A stretch of 64,000 nt of DNA from Dicyema japonicum. Lineage: Eukaryota; Animalia; Dicyemida. Positions 50,586-61,029 of this stretch are shown one piece after another. The position numbers and the translations under genes were made by a program. Under the pieces are notes generated by a model, which searched no databases, was not told the origin of the DNA, and was given only the letters and a program-made list of their open reading frames with translations. The stretch lies in assembly GCA_011109175.1 (NCBI GenBank), contig RDEW01000032.1, positions 92,404-156,403 on the forward strand, in the 5' to 3' direction. Every line of letters starts with the position of its first letter. Position 1 is the first letter of the stretch.

Positions 50586-50959
50586 TTAGTCTGAAAGGTC
50601 ACAAATTTTTAAAAATTCGTTTCCTTGGATACTATATTATTTGATTTTGGTTTTTTTTCAAATATTAACCAACGGGAGCATTTATTAAGTTTTAAAGATT
50701 ACCCACCGTCGACATAATTGACGCGGCGTTTTCTTCTCATAAACCGAAACCAGAACTTATTCCGATCAACTTGAGATGCCGTTGGGTTTCACGGACGTCA
50801 TGGATTTTAATTGTGATCAGAGTCGTCGAATCTTGAAAAAAACGAAGACTTCCGCTTTTCCCTACAGTTGTCTTACAACAATTAACAGAATATTAGATAA
50901 AGTTATTAAAAATTAACAAAAACGTAACAGCCGAAAGCGGGAATCAGTCATTTGGATCT

Positions 50960-51500
50960 GGCGCGATGAGGAATGCGGACCGTCTTGTTGCCAAATATTT
51001 TCTAAATGGAAGACGTGAACAAGTCCTATGCGACGGTATACAGTCAAAACCGAGATTCCTGTCGAATGTAGTTCTCAAAGGATCCCCATTAACACGAGTG
51101 CTGGTCAATTTGTGAATAAATCTGTCTCAAAAAATTGTCTTCTATCATACATGATGACATTCTCCATGCTTCCAGACATCAGGACTATCTACTTCCATCT
51201 AGAGTTCTGCAGGACAAGCTCACTAGCTAACCCCTTGGATTGCTCAATTACGGCTCGATGTATCGCCTTCCAGATTGTTCACGAAGTTTTGTTATGTGCA
51301 AAAGACTTAAGGACAAATCACGGCGCTTTGCCTCAGTTTATGAACAATTTATCCGACACACGATGACTTATGCAAGTCCATCGTGGGAAATGTCATTTCC
51401 CGGTCCTCAGCTCTGAAACAATACTCGGTACAAGAAGCTACAATAAGGATGATAGGACCAAAACACAGATCCAGTCTAATGAAAATATTCCAATTGAATT
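50960..51500 (+). mobile_element. Highly degraded LINE RT fragment
   Basis: FLNGRREQVLCDGIQS......V.KGSPL, IHDDI and VYEQFIRHTMTYASPSW mirror RT 'YL..R.Q.V...G.PQGS', 'YADD' and 'Y...IRP.LEYA..VW' motifs. Confidence 0.7.
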
Positions 51501-52695
51501 ATAACAAAAACTCTAGAAGATGGCCAGTCTACCGAACTCTTTCTGTCTCCTTCATGAAAGTCATATATATCATTTAGTTTTGTTCAGATGCCATGTCAGA
51601 TGAGAAGAAGAGTACAAGACTCTCAACCCTGTCGAACTCGTCCTCTCCCTTGCCAGGTCTGGAATTACTTACTTTGTTGAGAACTTTCATTTTTTTCATG
51701 TATCCCCGAGATCCTTTGGTAATAATGATAAACTCTTATGCGTAAAACCACAGGGTTCATGAAGCCGACAGCTCATCCTTCTCCAGTGTCCTTTCTGGCC
51801 ATGTCAAGATTCCTACGTTTCTACAAGGTGCTAGGAAATCAATTCAAAGAATGGGTGGCTCATGCGAGGAATTCTGACGAGCATAAAGAAATAGAATTCT
51901 TCTACAGACACAAAAAGGGCATTTCAGGCGGTCTCTGGCAGAATAATCAAAGAAGGATCACCTAATTAGTATTTTAACCTTTCTTTCGCAGTGGTCTTGG
52001 AGTTCAAATAAAAACATCTGTTTTGAACTCAGAGCAAATGAAGAACCAGCACAAGTGTTTCGTATAGACTGACTCCTGTATCCACATCGAGCCCTTTACA
52101 GGCAAACCATGTTTTATTGAGCTTTTACAATGCGGATTTTGCTAAAGTATTCCTTCTTGTTATGTCTTCTTTGTCTTCGAGGAGGGAGTCATGCTTTTTC
52201 GTTTTGCGCCAGTACTCATCCGTCCTCTCTTCGATTCCACATTTGACTCGTAAAATAAACATCAACTAAAAAATTCGCATTCCACTGAATTTTCATTACT
52301 CAGTATTTATTATTAGCAAAATACATAGAATCACATAAACTATCATCCTGTGCAGCTTCTAACAGATGATCCTCTGAGCTCTATCAATTTCAGTCTAAAC
52401 TAGATTCGAATGCTTATTCTTTCTGAATTCTAACGTCTCCTAAGCCTATCACATTTCCCACGCTCAAGTAGACATTTATCGCAGTCGTATTCCAGCCAAT
52501 TAGTGACTTAGCTTACTGGTCTTCTTCTTATCTCTTATTTTTATACCATTGGTCTCACATTATCGAAATATAAAAGCAAGAAAATTATCATAAGTCGACC
52601 TAATCGACATGTATCATTTGCATAAGTCAATTTTTGATATATCTGGGTCAAATAAAAGTTGAAGTATAAAATAATTGACAAATTTAAATTTAAAG

Positions 52696-53478
52696 TTATT
52701 TACAAAACTTAAATTTTTTCTGCCTTCTGTTAGAGAACCAAATCCTTACACTACACTCCGGCAAATCCAAGTTTTTTGCAACTTCTCGAATCTCTAATTT
52801 GGAAGGATAAATGTCGTGATTGAACATTTTTTCTAACTTTTCTTTCATATTCCTGTTGAAACACCTTCTTTTCTTGGCACTCTGAAACGTGGACGACCTG
52901 ATCTCGGATTTAGAGGGAGAGTCCTTCATTATTAGTACCAAAATATTAGCAAAAATATTTCTGAATCTTTTCATGCTTATAAAAGAAAGTTTTCCACACT
53001 CAAAACGGCAGACCGTCGATTGACAAACGGGGTACCCATTCTTCTCAAGTAGCGAGGCAATGTCTGATTGCGCATAACCAAGTTTGCTACGTTCTCTCTT
53101 AAAAAAATTAGCAAAACAATATATGTCCGACTGTGGATTTTTTACTTCACAAAAACTGTCGGCCTGGAGTAGTGATCCATTCGGTTGAGGGACGTAACTC
53201 AAGGCTGAATCATTACTATTTTGTCTGGCTAAATAGTCGGTTCCTCGATGGTAATCAGGTTCACTTGAATTCAAATTGCACAGAGAGGTGTAGTTCAGGT
53301 AATTATTTGGATTCTGAACGTTAACTGCATATAAGGCATCTGTAAATGTCAAATGAGACGAGTTGCAGGAAATAATCTGGTTTCCATGGGAATAATCGTA
53401 GTAGTTTAGCCCAGGGTCATTATTGGAAGTTGTATAAGTTTCGAAATCTTTTTGTAGCCCGTTGAACTGATAACCCAT
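52696..53478 (-). CDS. Divergent intronless POU-domain transcription factor (260 aa)
   Basis: POU-specific FA..FKRER.KLGY.Q.DI...CQSTVCRFE and homeodomain KKRR.F...LE..F...YPS..EI..VA..L.L....VRIWFSNRRQK. Confidence 0.9.
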   Translation of the reverse strand: MGYQFNGLQKDFETYTTSNNDPGLNYYDYSHGNQIISCNSSHLTFTDALYAVNVQNPNNYLNYTSLCNLNSSEPDYHRGTDYLARQNSNDSALSYVPQPNGSLLQADSFCEVKNPQSDIYCFANFFKRERSKLGYAQSDIASLLEKNGYPVCQSTVCRFECGKLSFISMKRFRNIFANILVLIMKDSPSKSEIRSSTFQSAKKRRCFNRNMKEKLEKMFNHDIYPSKLEIREVAKNLDLPECSVRIWFSNRRQKKFKFCK

Positions 53479-53507
53479 AAAGTCAATGCAAACACACGTG
53501 AACGGGA

Positions 53508-53515
53508 ATTTGCAT
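53508..53515 (-). promoter_or_regulatory. Octamer motif ATGCAAAT 30 nt upstream of the POU start codon
   Basis: + strand ATTTGCAT; identical sites at 52616-52623 and 54217-54224. Confidence 0.45.
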
Positions 53516-55569
53516 GATATATTCGCAACGTTACGAAACCACGTTGAACCGATATAAACTAAAAATAAAACCTGGTTTCTCTGTCAAATCAAGCGACCAC
53601 GTGTTACTGGGTTTCTTGCTGATTGAATATCCAGCATTTAAGTCAATTGTGAAAAATGCTAATCAATTTATAAGCAAACAGCCATGACGCTCTTAAAATA
53701 GAAGTTGCTAAAATTATGTAAATTAAATAAACTCTTAGCCTGCTTAATTTCAATTTTAATTTTTGCGAATTTAAAATTTTTAAAATATTATTATAATTAA
53801 CCCATAACACGAGAAACGAGTTAACAGTTAACAACTAATCATGCGCATGCAGTTTCACTGCCACAACAAGAGTTTTTCAAACGTCATACAAGTCCATCCT
53901 GAACCAGCATAAAAGGTAGATGATGTCAATTCCTCGCAGTTGTGGGAACTCATCCAGTGGATGGGGAAGAAAATGATCCTTTACATTCCACCCAGGCACA
54001 GGGCGCCACCTGAGACAGGTAGATCACATAACGGCACTCTATTCGAAAAGGGAAGAGGAGGAACAGAAGAAACAAACAAAATTTTCAATCAAATGGCAAG
54101 ATATTGAAGACAGGACGTTTTGAGCTAATTTAACCGTTAATGTGCAATAATTAGTATATTTTTATATTCATTTCTGAAATTAAGATATCAATATATTTTC
54201 GTTAATACGTCAAGTTATTTGCATAAACTATGTTAATCTTTTAGCAATTTATTTGGAGTTTTTTTGCAAACAATTAATTCTTGTTTTTAAAAACAAAAAA
54301 TAAACGAGAGGGTGGAACTCTATAACGTTTCTTATATTTATTTACTTTCTAGTGAAAGAAACAAGTGGCTATCAAGAACGTCACAGACAAGTGCGGACGC
54401 TCCCATTGATTCGACAGGTGTATTAGGTTTAGTGCAAAACTCGTATGTGGATCGGGGCCAAGAAAAGGCGACCGTTTTCTGGTCGTCAAGAAAGAATGGG
54501 TGGCATAGTGGAGAGGACGATTATCCAATCCTGTACAGATATTAATGTAAATCCGCAACGTAGGCACGCCTATAGGACACGAACTTCTCGCGGTGGGGAA
54601 ACTTCGCTTTCGTGAATAATTGGTGGAATACGTCTCAGAAGCTTGTTGATACCAATGCTTCTAGTGGCTGTATCATGGATTGTTTTCTGTTGTGACTGAA
54701 AATGCTCTGTTTATCAGTCTCGTTTCTTATATTGAAGATATAACCTCCTAACCACAGTTCAATGACAGATAGTAACAGCTGGGAGGGATACAACGGAAAG
54801 TCCAGATTACCGAGATAGGAATCTTTTTCTTTAATTACCCTTGAAATTTCCAAACTTATTTTTCCCTCTTAATAAAAATTATGTTGTATTGGAAGTAAGA
54901 TATTTTTTGTAACTTTAGTATACCTTCCCAACTTTAACGATATCTCCATCTTTGATTGTCATTTTATGAGCATTATTGTAATGATTTTTCAGAATAACTA
55001 AAAATCACCCCCACAAAATAAGTTATCTCTTAAATTATTTTTATTCCTTCTCTCACACATGAGTCAGACATCTCTCCTCTTTTGGCAATCAATGAGATGT
55101 GCTTGTAATCTTAGATGGTCTTCAGGTTGATCGGAGGCAGAGATGATCCCATCATCAGACATTTTAATTCAATGCCTATGCTCAATTATCATACTCTCCA
55201 GAATTTTCTTTAGAACGAATGATTGAATGGATATCCTATAGGCAATTTGTCCACATACTTTTTGAAGCACTAGATAACTCCATCATAGATAAACAGAAGT
55301 TAAAAGGAAGAAGGCTAAAAGGAAGATGAACTCAGTCATATATGCTAGTTCTATGCTTATGCTCAATTATCATTCCTTTCAAAGTTTTCTTCAGTACAAG
55401 TGAGAATACGGTTCGTAGTGAGGTATTTACCGATTACGTTGTCACTAGTAAAACTCGTAATACTGTAAACAAGAAGATGAATTTTTCTTACTTTAACTTT
55501 TAGATCCAAACAAATTTAAATTAAAAGTTAAGATTAATAATTTAAAAATAATTAATTTTAAAAATTCAA

Positions 55570-56505
55570 ATGGATGATTTGTATGGTGCTGTGAAGACGA
55601 AAAGATTGAGATTCAAAGGAGACAAGTAATAAATAAAATATAAGTAAATAGGCCGATAGTTAAAGAAAAATATAGCAAAAAACGTAGAAAGACATTCGAA
55701 GAGGCACCACAAGAACCAGACACAGTGGCGCATGGTATATCTTCTTGCATATGACCACAGGCGGGTGGAGACTGATCAAGAGCGTAAATGCAATCCAGTC
55801 ATCCTTCAACGTCACTTTAGAACTCCGACCAAACCAATATCTCCGTGCAATCGACAACGGAAAAACTGTTCCTGGCAAAATTCATGAGCTTGGTCTTTAA
55901 AATCCTTTACATATTAGGAGAAGAACCTGATCAAGAAGAGATATTTGCATGTGTGAGGATCGACCATAAAATTGCGCTGAAAACTGGATATGGCAAATAT
56001 TTGGGAGTCGATCTAAAAGATCAGAGCGTTGTGGGGATTGCTGATATTTACACTGAAAATGAGATGTGGTGTCCTGTATTTGAGAATGTAATAAGTTTTT
56101 TGACTTTTTAGCACAAAATGGCTTTGTTTGGTAATAATGGGATGTTTGTGACCTGGTCGGGAATAGAAAATGACCCCATTGCCTGCACCAGCCCCGCTGT
56201 GAGCGAAAATGAGGTCATTAATGTTGGGGATCTTTGTTATCTGTAGATGAGGACTAATGCGTTAGAATTCTCGAACTTTGAGGATGAAAAGTTTTATGGA
56301 ACCACATTGAGGGGGACAGAATTTAAATTTGTGTATGTCGTTAGTGTGGATTGTAGGCAACAATATCAGAGTTTCTTGAATAGGAAGATCAAGCTGAGTG
56401 AAGAAGATCAGACGGCACTTGCCCTAGCTGATGAAAAGGGGAAGTTGCACGAGGAAATGCTTAATCGTCGGTGTAAAGTTAAAATCTGACAAATTCTGTA
56501 GTTGA
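55570..56505 (+). CDS. FRG1: FRG1 homolog, six micro-introns, 1-nt insertion near the C-terminus
   Basis: KIALKTGYGKYLG, EMWCPVFEN-HKMAL, YQSF...KIKLS, GKLHEEMLNRR. Introns 24-33 nt. Removing one A from 56481-56484 restores K-S-D-K-F-C-S* (FRG1-like end); as assembled it stops at 56489. Confidence 0.9.
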
Positions 56506-57399
56506 TTTTTTAACTTTATTGATTTTCATGTGAAAGTTGGCTTTAGGTAATAATTTGCTGATTTTTTTCCTAAAAATTTGTAGCTGTTTTATTAATAAAA
56601 ATCAAAGAGTCACAAGTAAAAGGTATTATTTTACAACAGCATCTAGCTCAATCTCCTCTTCTTGGGATCAGCCTCTATTGCCCGTTTAGGTTGTTCACGT
56701 GACCCCACCCCGCATTCAGAGGCTACCCTGGGTTGACATTTCCGTGCCATGTTTCTCCTCGCCAGGCATTGATATTACAATCTCCAGCTTGCATACTCCC
56801 CATAGTCTTACGCACTACTAACGTTTGTGTATATGCTTTCACCATTTCCTCAACCTTGAGGGCATCAGGTGAACCTTGATGAATCTTGAGACTATTCTCG
56901 AATAGTGATATAATAATGAAATAGACAAGGCGTTGACAAATTGATGAAGGCATGTAGTAAAATCTTTAGTATTACTATTAACCCCGTATACTCCCATAAA
57001 GAAGTTGACAGCTAAGTGCATCCCGTCACAGAACGTAAAAAGTTTATAGCCGCGTGGGGCCAACGTCAATGTGGTGCTATGTAGCTACTTGATTGGAGAT
57101 TTTTTTGTTTCGTCTGTTTCTCTTCTTCCCCTCTTTCATAGAGTGGCTCCCAGTACCAAGGTGACACGAAAAAGGATCATTTACATTCCTACTCCACTAA
57201 AAGGGTTTTCATAACTGCAAGGTCTTTTATCAAAAATTTTATTTTACAAATTAATTGTTTAATAAAAAAATTTATTACTTAAAAAATTAACCAATAACTG
57301 ATCAGTTACTTAGGAATATAATTTTATTTAAATTTTTATGGGATATTGGTTTAATTATCGATTTAATAAACTTTATTTAACAAACAATAAAAAAGTTAA

Positions 57400-58250
57400 T
57401 ATATTTAATAATCAACAACCTTCCTCGCCAGCCTCCTCAGGCAGGTTCGATTCTGGTTGCTGAAACAACTCCGAGAGCGCCTTGTCCAATTGAACCTCTG
57501 CCCATATGGCATCTCAGGGATCTGCCTCCTATACTCCAGTGTCAGGCTCTCTAGGGTCCGCTTTAACACAGTGGACTGTAGATAGGCCTGGAGAATCCTA
57601 TCTACCCTAACTGCTTCAGATAACCCTTGTCGTACTTTGTTGCAATTCCTTCCCACGTCATTACTATAGGAATAACGAGGACCTTGCAACCAAGCATCTG
57701 CCCCATCTCGTTTGCAAGAAAGTCATACTTCCTTTTTTTCTCCACCTACACAGTCTGCAAACGGTCTTGAGACGTGATGCCATCTTCTATGATAAGGACT
57801 TGGCCAGACTCCTTATCGTGTACCACAATGTCCGGTTAATTGTGCTTGACTAGCACCGAGGTACGGATAACATTGTCTACCTTAATTTGTACCCTGGTGT
57901 TCTTTACTACAGATTGCACCTTATGAGTCCGCAACTTTCTGGTGTGGCGAATGCCATACTTATTGCATAGTAGAAGATGAAGACTCCTTACTACCTCGTT
58001 ATGCCTCCACACATAATCGTGGCAGAGCATGGATCCACATCAAGTAGCTAAATGATCAACCGACATGCTCCTTGAGTTACAGTGGGGACATGTATTTGTT
58101 GATCGACCCCAAAAAATATTGCGGTCTTGCATATACGTGTACAGCGCCTCCGATCGAGGTGAGTTGTCACTGTATTTTAGCCATATTGTCGACGACTTAA
58201 GGTCGACATGTGATTTGTTTAATGCTCTGAAGAGGACCTTATGATTATGA
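57400..58250 (-). mobile_element. R4/NeSL-like RLE non-LTR retrotransposon 3' fragment with poly(A)-like tail
   Basis: CPHCNS..MSVDHLAT.CGSMLCHDYVWRHNEVV (CCHC), N.PDIVV.D....VLIIE.GIT, EK.RKYD.LA, IPIVMTWEG. Confidence 0.8.
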
Positions 58251-58499
58251 TTATCGATTTATATAATCAATTAAAATTTCTATATACAATTAACAATTAA
58301 GTAAAATAGCTGATTGGCTAGAAGTCAATTAGTGAGCAATAGTTGTAAACTCATAGTCAAAAAAGGAGAAGGCTATTTAGAGTGTCCCATAAAGGAAAAA
58401 GGGATTTTTTTATCAATAAAAAATTATTTTTTATAAAGAATAAGGCGCATAAACTAATCAAAACGCACTTTCCTCTGCTTGCCATCACTGCATTTTGAC

Positions 58500-58850
58500 G
58501 TGGACTAATCTCACTCGAGAGGCTAGCAAACACCCCGAAGGAATAACAACTTTCCTTTTTGCTAATGGTCGGAACCTAGTTTGGGAGGCTACGTGTATTG
58601 ATATGCTATAAAGCATTTCTAACGATGATAATGATCTAAAAGCTATAAACCCTAATAATGTAAATTTCCCTAAACATTTCCAACTATGATCGAATTCTAA
58701 AGATGCTTTATTAAAAGTCTTCAGTAAAACGTATATGATTGTCGGCGTATGTACGCACGTTTGTCGCGGAAAATTTGTCTCTTCAGTCGTGGACCCAGGT
58801 CATGCTTCTAAGCAAGCCGAGTTTCAGAATAGAAGAATGTCAAAAAATAA
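58500..58850 (+). mobile_element. CRE-like RLE fragment, interrupted
   Basis: PEGITTFLFANGRNLVWEATCID; DPGHASKQAE. Confidence 0.6.
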
Positions 58851-59009
58851 AATAATAAACGTTACTTAATATATAATTTATGAGATTCTTCTAAAATATA
58901 ATTTAATCAGATTTTGAGCTAACGGATCAATTACAAAATTGGATGAAGTTACCATATAATAGGGGTCACCAAAGATTTTAAATCGATGGTTGGATCTGTG
59001 TGGAGCAAA

Positions 59010-59240
59010 AAAATATAAGAGAATTAGTTAGCTTGCTCCAAGCTCTTCTGTTCTTAGCTAGACCTCTCAGTGAGTCCAGATCGTCACCAGATATCAATGC
59101 TTTCTACACGACTTTCAGATCGTTTTGTAAAACGACCGGAGGGTTGTTCTCGGTCTTCCATGAAAGTTTTTACATTGGAGGAGGAGTTTAATCTTCCATT
59201 GCGATATTCGGGAGGGAGTGGAAACATCGGACACCACTTG
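59010..59240 (-). mobile_element. RTE-like LINE 3' fragment
   Basis: GRPRTTLPVVLQNDL...GDDLDSLRGLAR matches the C-terminus of the 61066 element. Confidence 0.75.
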
Positions 59241-59749
59241 TGTCTACAAAAAAATTATTTTATTTTATTTATGTACATTTATTTTTTTGAAATAACGCTT
59301 GTGAGTTATAATTTGGTTACCAATTGTTTAGCGCTCAAAAACCGATGGCCAAAGTGAAAAGGCACAAATTTCCGGAGTATGGAAGCTTCACTTCATCAAC
59401 GTCTAGTGGTATACGTATTTGAAGCTCGTTGATACCGAGGCTTTTACGGCTTTGATTACAATTCAGTCGTCGATCGTTTGAAGGACAGAGACGAAAAAAT
59501 AGCGTCCTCAATTTTTGAATGGTTCAAAGAATGCGAACTTGGTCACTAAGGGTAAATGTGGCTCTCATTTTATTTTTGAAAGTCAAAGGCAGCGTGTGTT
59601 TTTTTTATTTAAATTGAATTTATTAACAAAAAAGCCACCTTCATAGCCATAATGAGAAAATTCAGGTAATCCCGTCTTCCCTTAGCAGTCTTCGCATCTT
59701 TTCGTTGTGTTCAGACCGTGTTCCAGCACTTGATTATTAAATTTAATTT

Positions 59750-60120
59750 TGAGTTTGAGGTGGTAGTGTATTAGTACTTCTGTTGTATTAAATCTCTACT
59801 TACCATCATGTTGGATGAAATGTTTTATAATCTAATGCTCGAGAGCATGGAATGTTAGCGTACTTAGAAGACACTGGATCACAAGACGACAAGGTTAAGG
59901 TCAAAACAGACAGGGACCGGAATTTTGAACCGCTAACGGACTCGGAGACTTCACGTAACTCGGGTATTTTTGATGCATTTGATAAGATTTTGTTGAGGGG
60001 AATGTTTGGTATGTTGGTCACTCTTATGAATACGATTTTATCCATGTCCCTAAACTTAGCTTTATTTCACCACAAAATAGTTTCATCTCCAGTGTTCGCT
60101 TTAAAACAGTATACTGTAGG
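59750..60120. repeat. ~370-bp direct repeat (partner 63630-64000)
   Basis: Near-identical 'gtattaaatctctactta.catcatgttggatgaaa...tccatgtccctaaact.agctttattt'; a short upstream tag 'gaaagtcaaaggcagcg' is also duplicated (~59578 and ~63263). Confidence 0.85.
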
Positions 60121-61029
60121 TACGTCTGCAGCTTCATATCTACTCCTCACTATCCTAGTAACCCTTGCGGTACTTTGTTTGCAACTCATTATTATTATTA
60201 GTTGCAACTTTTTCATATATTGTTACTAATAATAGTTAAAAAAATATTTATTAAAAAAAATAAAAATATTTATTCTTTAATTAAATTTTAGGAAGACAAT
60301 ATATATTAGTCAGATTGATCTGATGTAGAAGTGAAATTATCTGGAACCTTCGGTAAAATAATACGATCATTTTCACCGAATCTACATATTATATAAATTA
60401 AAACGTTAATAAATCTCTTCTTCTTAAATACTTACTGTTCTTATTAGCGAAATCTATTTGTAAAACGTCCATCATTATCTAACATTTTAAAACAGAGAAT
60501 GCTACCCTTCAAAAAATAGATTATAGTAATACGGTGAAGCATCTTTGTAGAGGTTACAATAATTTTTCATATAATTTTTAATTACTTTAAATGCGTTGTG
60601 GACAGTAAAAATTCTATCGTATTGAATTTCGCTGAATCCCCACTTTTCATATTTTAGGTTTTTCTTAATATAATACATGAATCTCTAGGAATTCATGGAT
60701 ATACATTACTTCATTGGAAATAGAGTAGTGGAAAGAATTTTCAACGACTAGACAACCATTTACTGTTTCACCATTCATTTTAAAAAATTAACGAATAATT
60801 TCTTTTATAGTTGCCGGTTGCCCGTTCGACATGGAAGGCGGTCTTCAATTAACAACTTCCTGCATTTCCTTCATCGATTTAATTAAATTCATACTACTCT
60901 TGATATTAAAATTAATTAACCCCCTCAACCGAATTCTAATTATTTCCTTAATAAACTTGAACTTCCTTAGTGAGCGGCAAAAAAAGTATCAATTTACCCA
61001 GTGGCCTTCCGAATATTAGCTTGTCTATT

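Noticed and set aside
51590-52260. Separate host gene between the RT relic and POU
   Set aside because: Several frames look partly coding, but stops interrupt each and I recognised no family or consistent splice model.
56560-57240. LINE endonuclease fragment (GDCNIN resembling GDFN)
   Set aside because: Motif spacing is off and other EEP motifs are missing; too weak to call.
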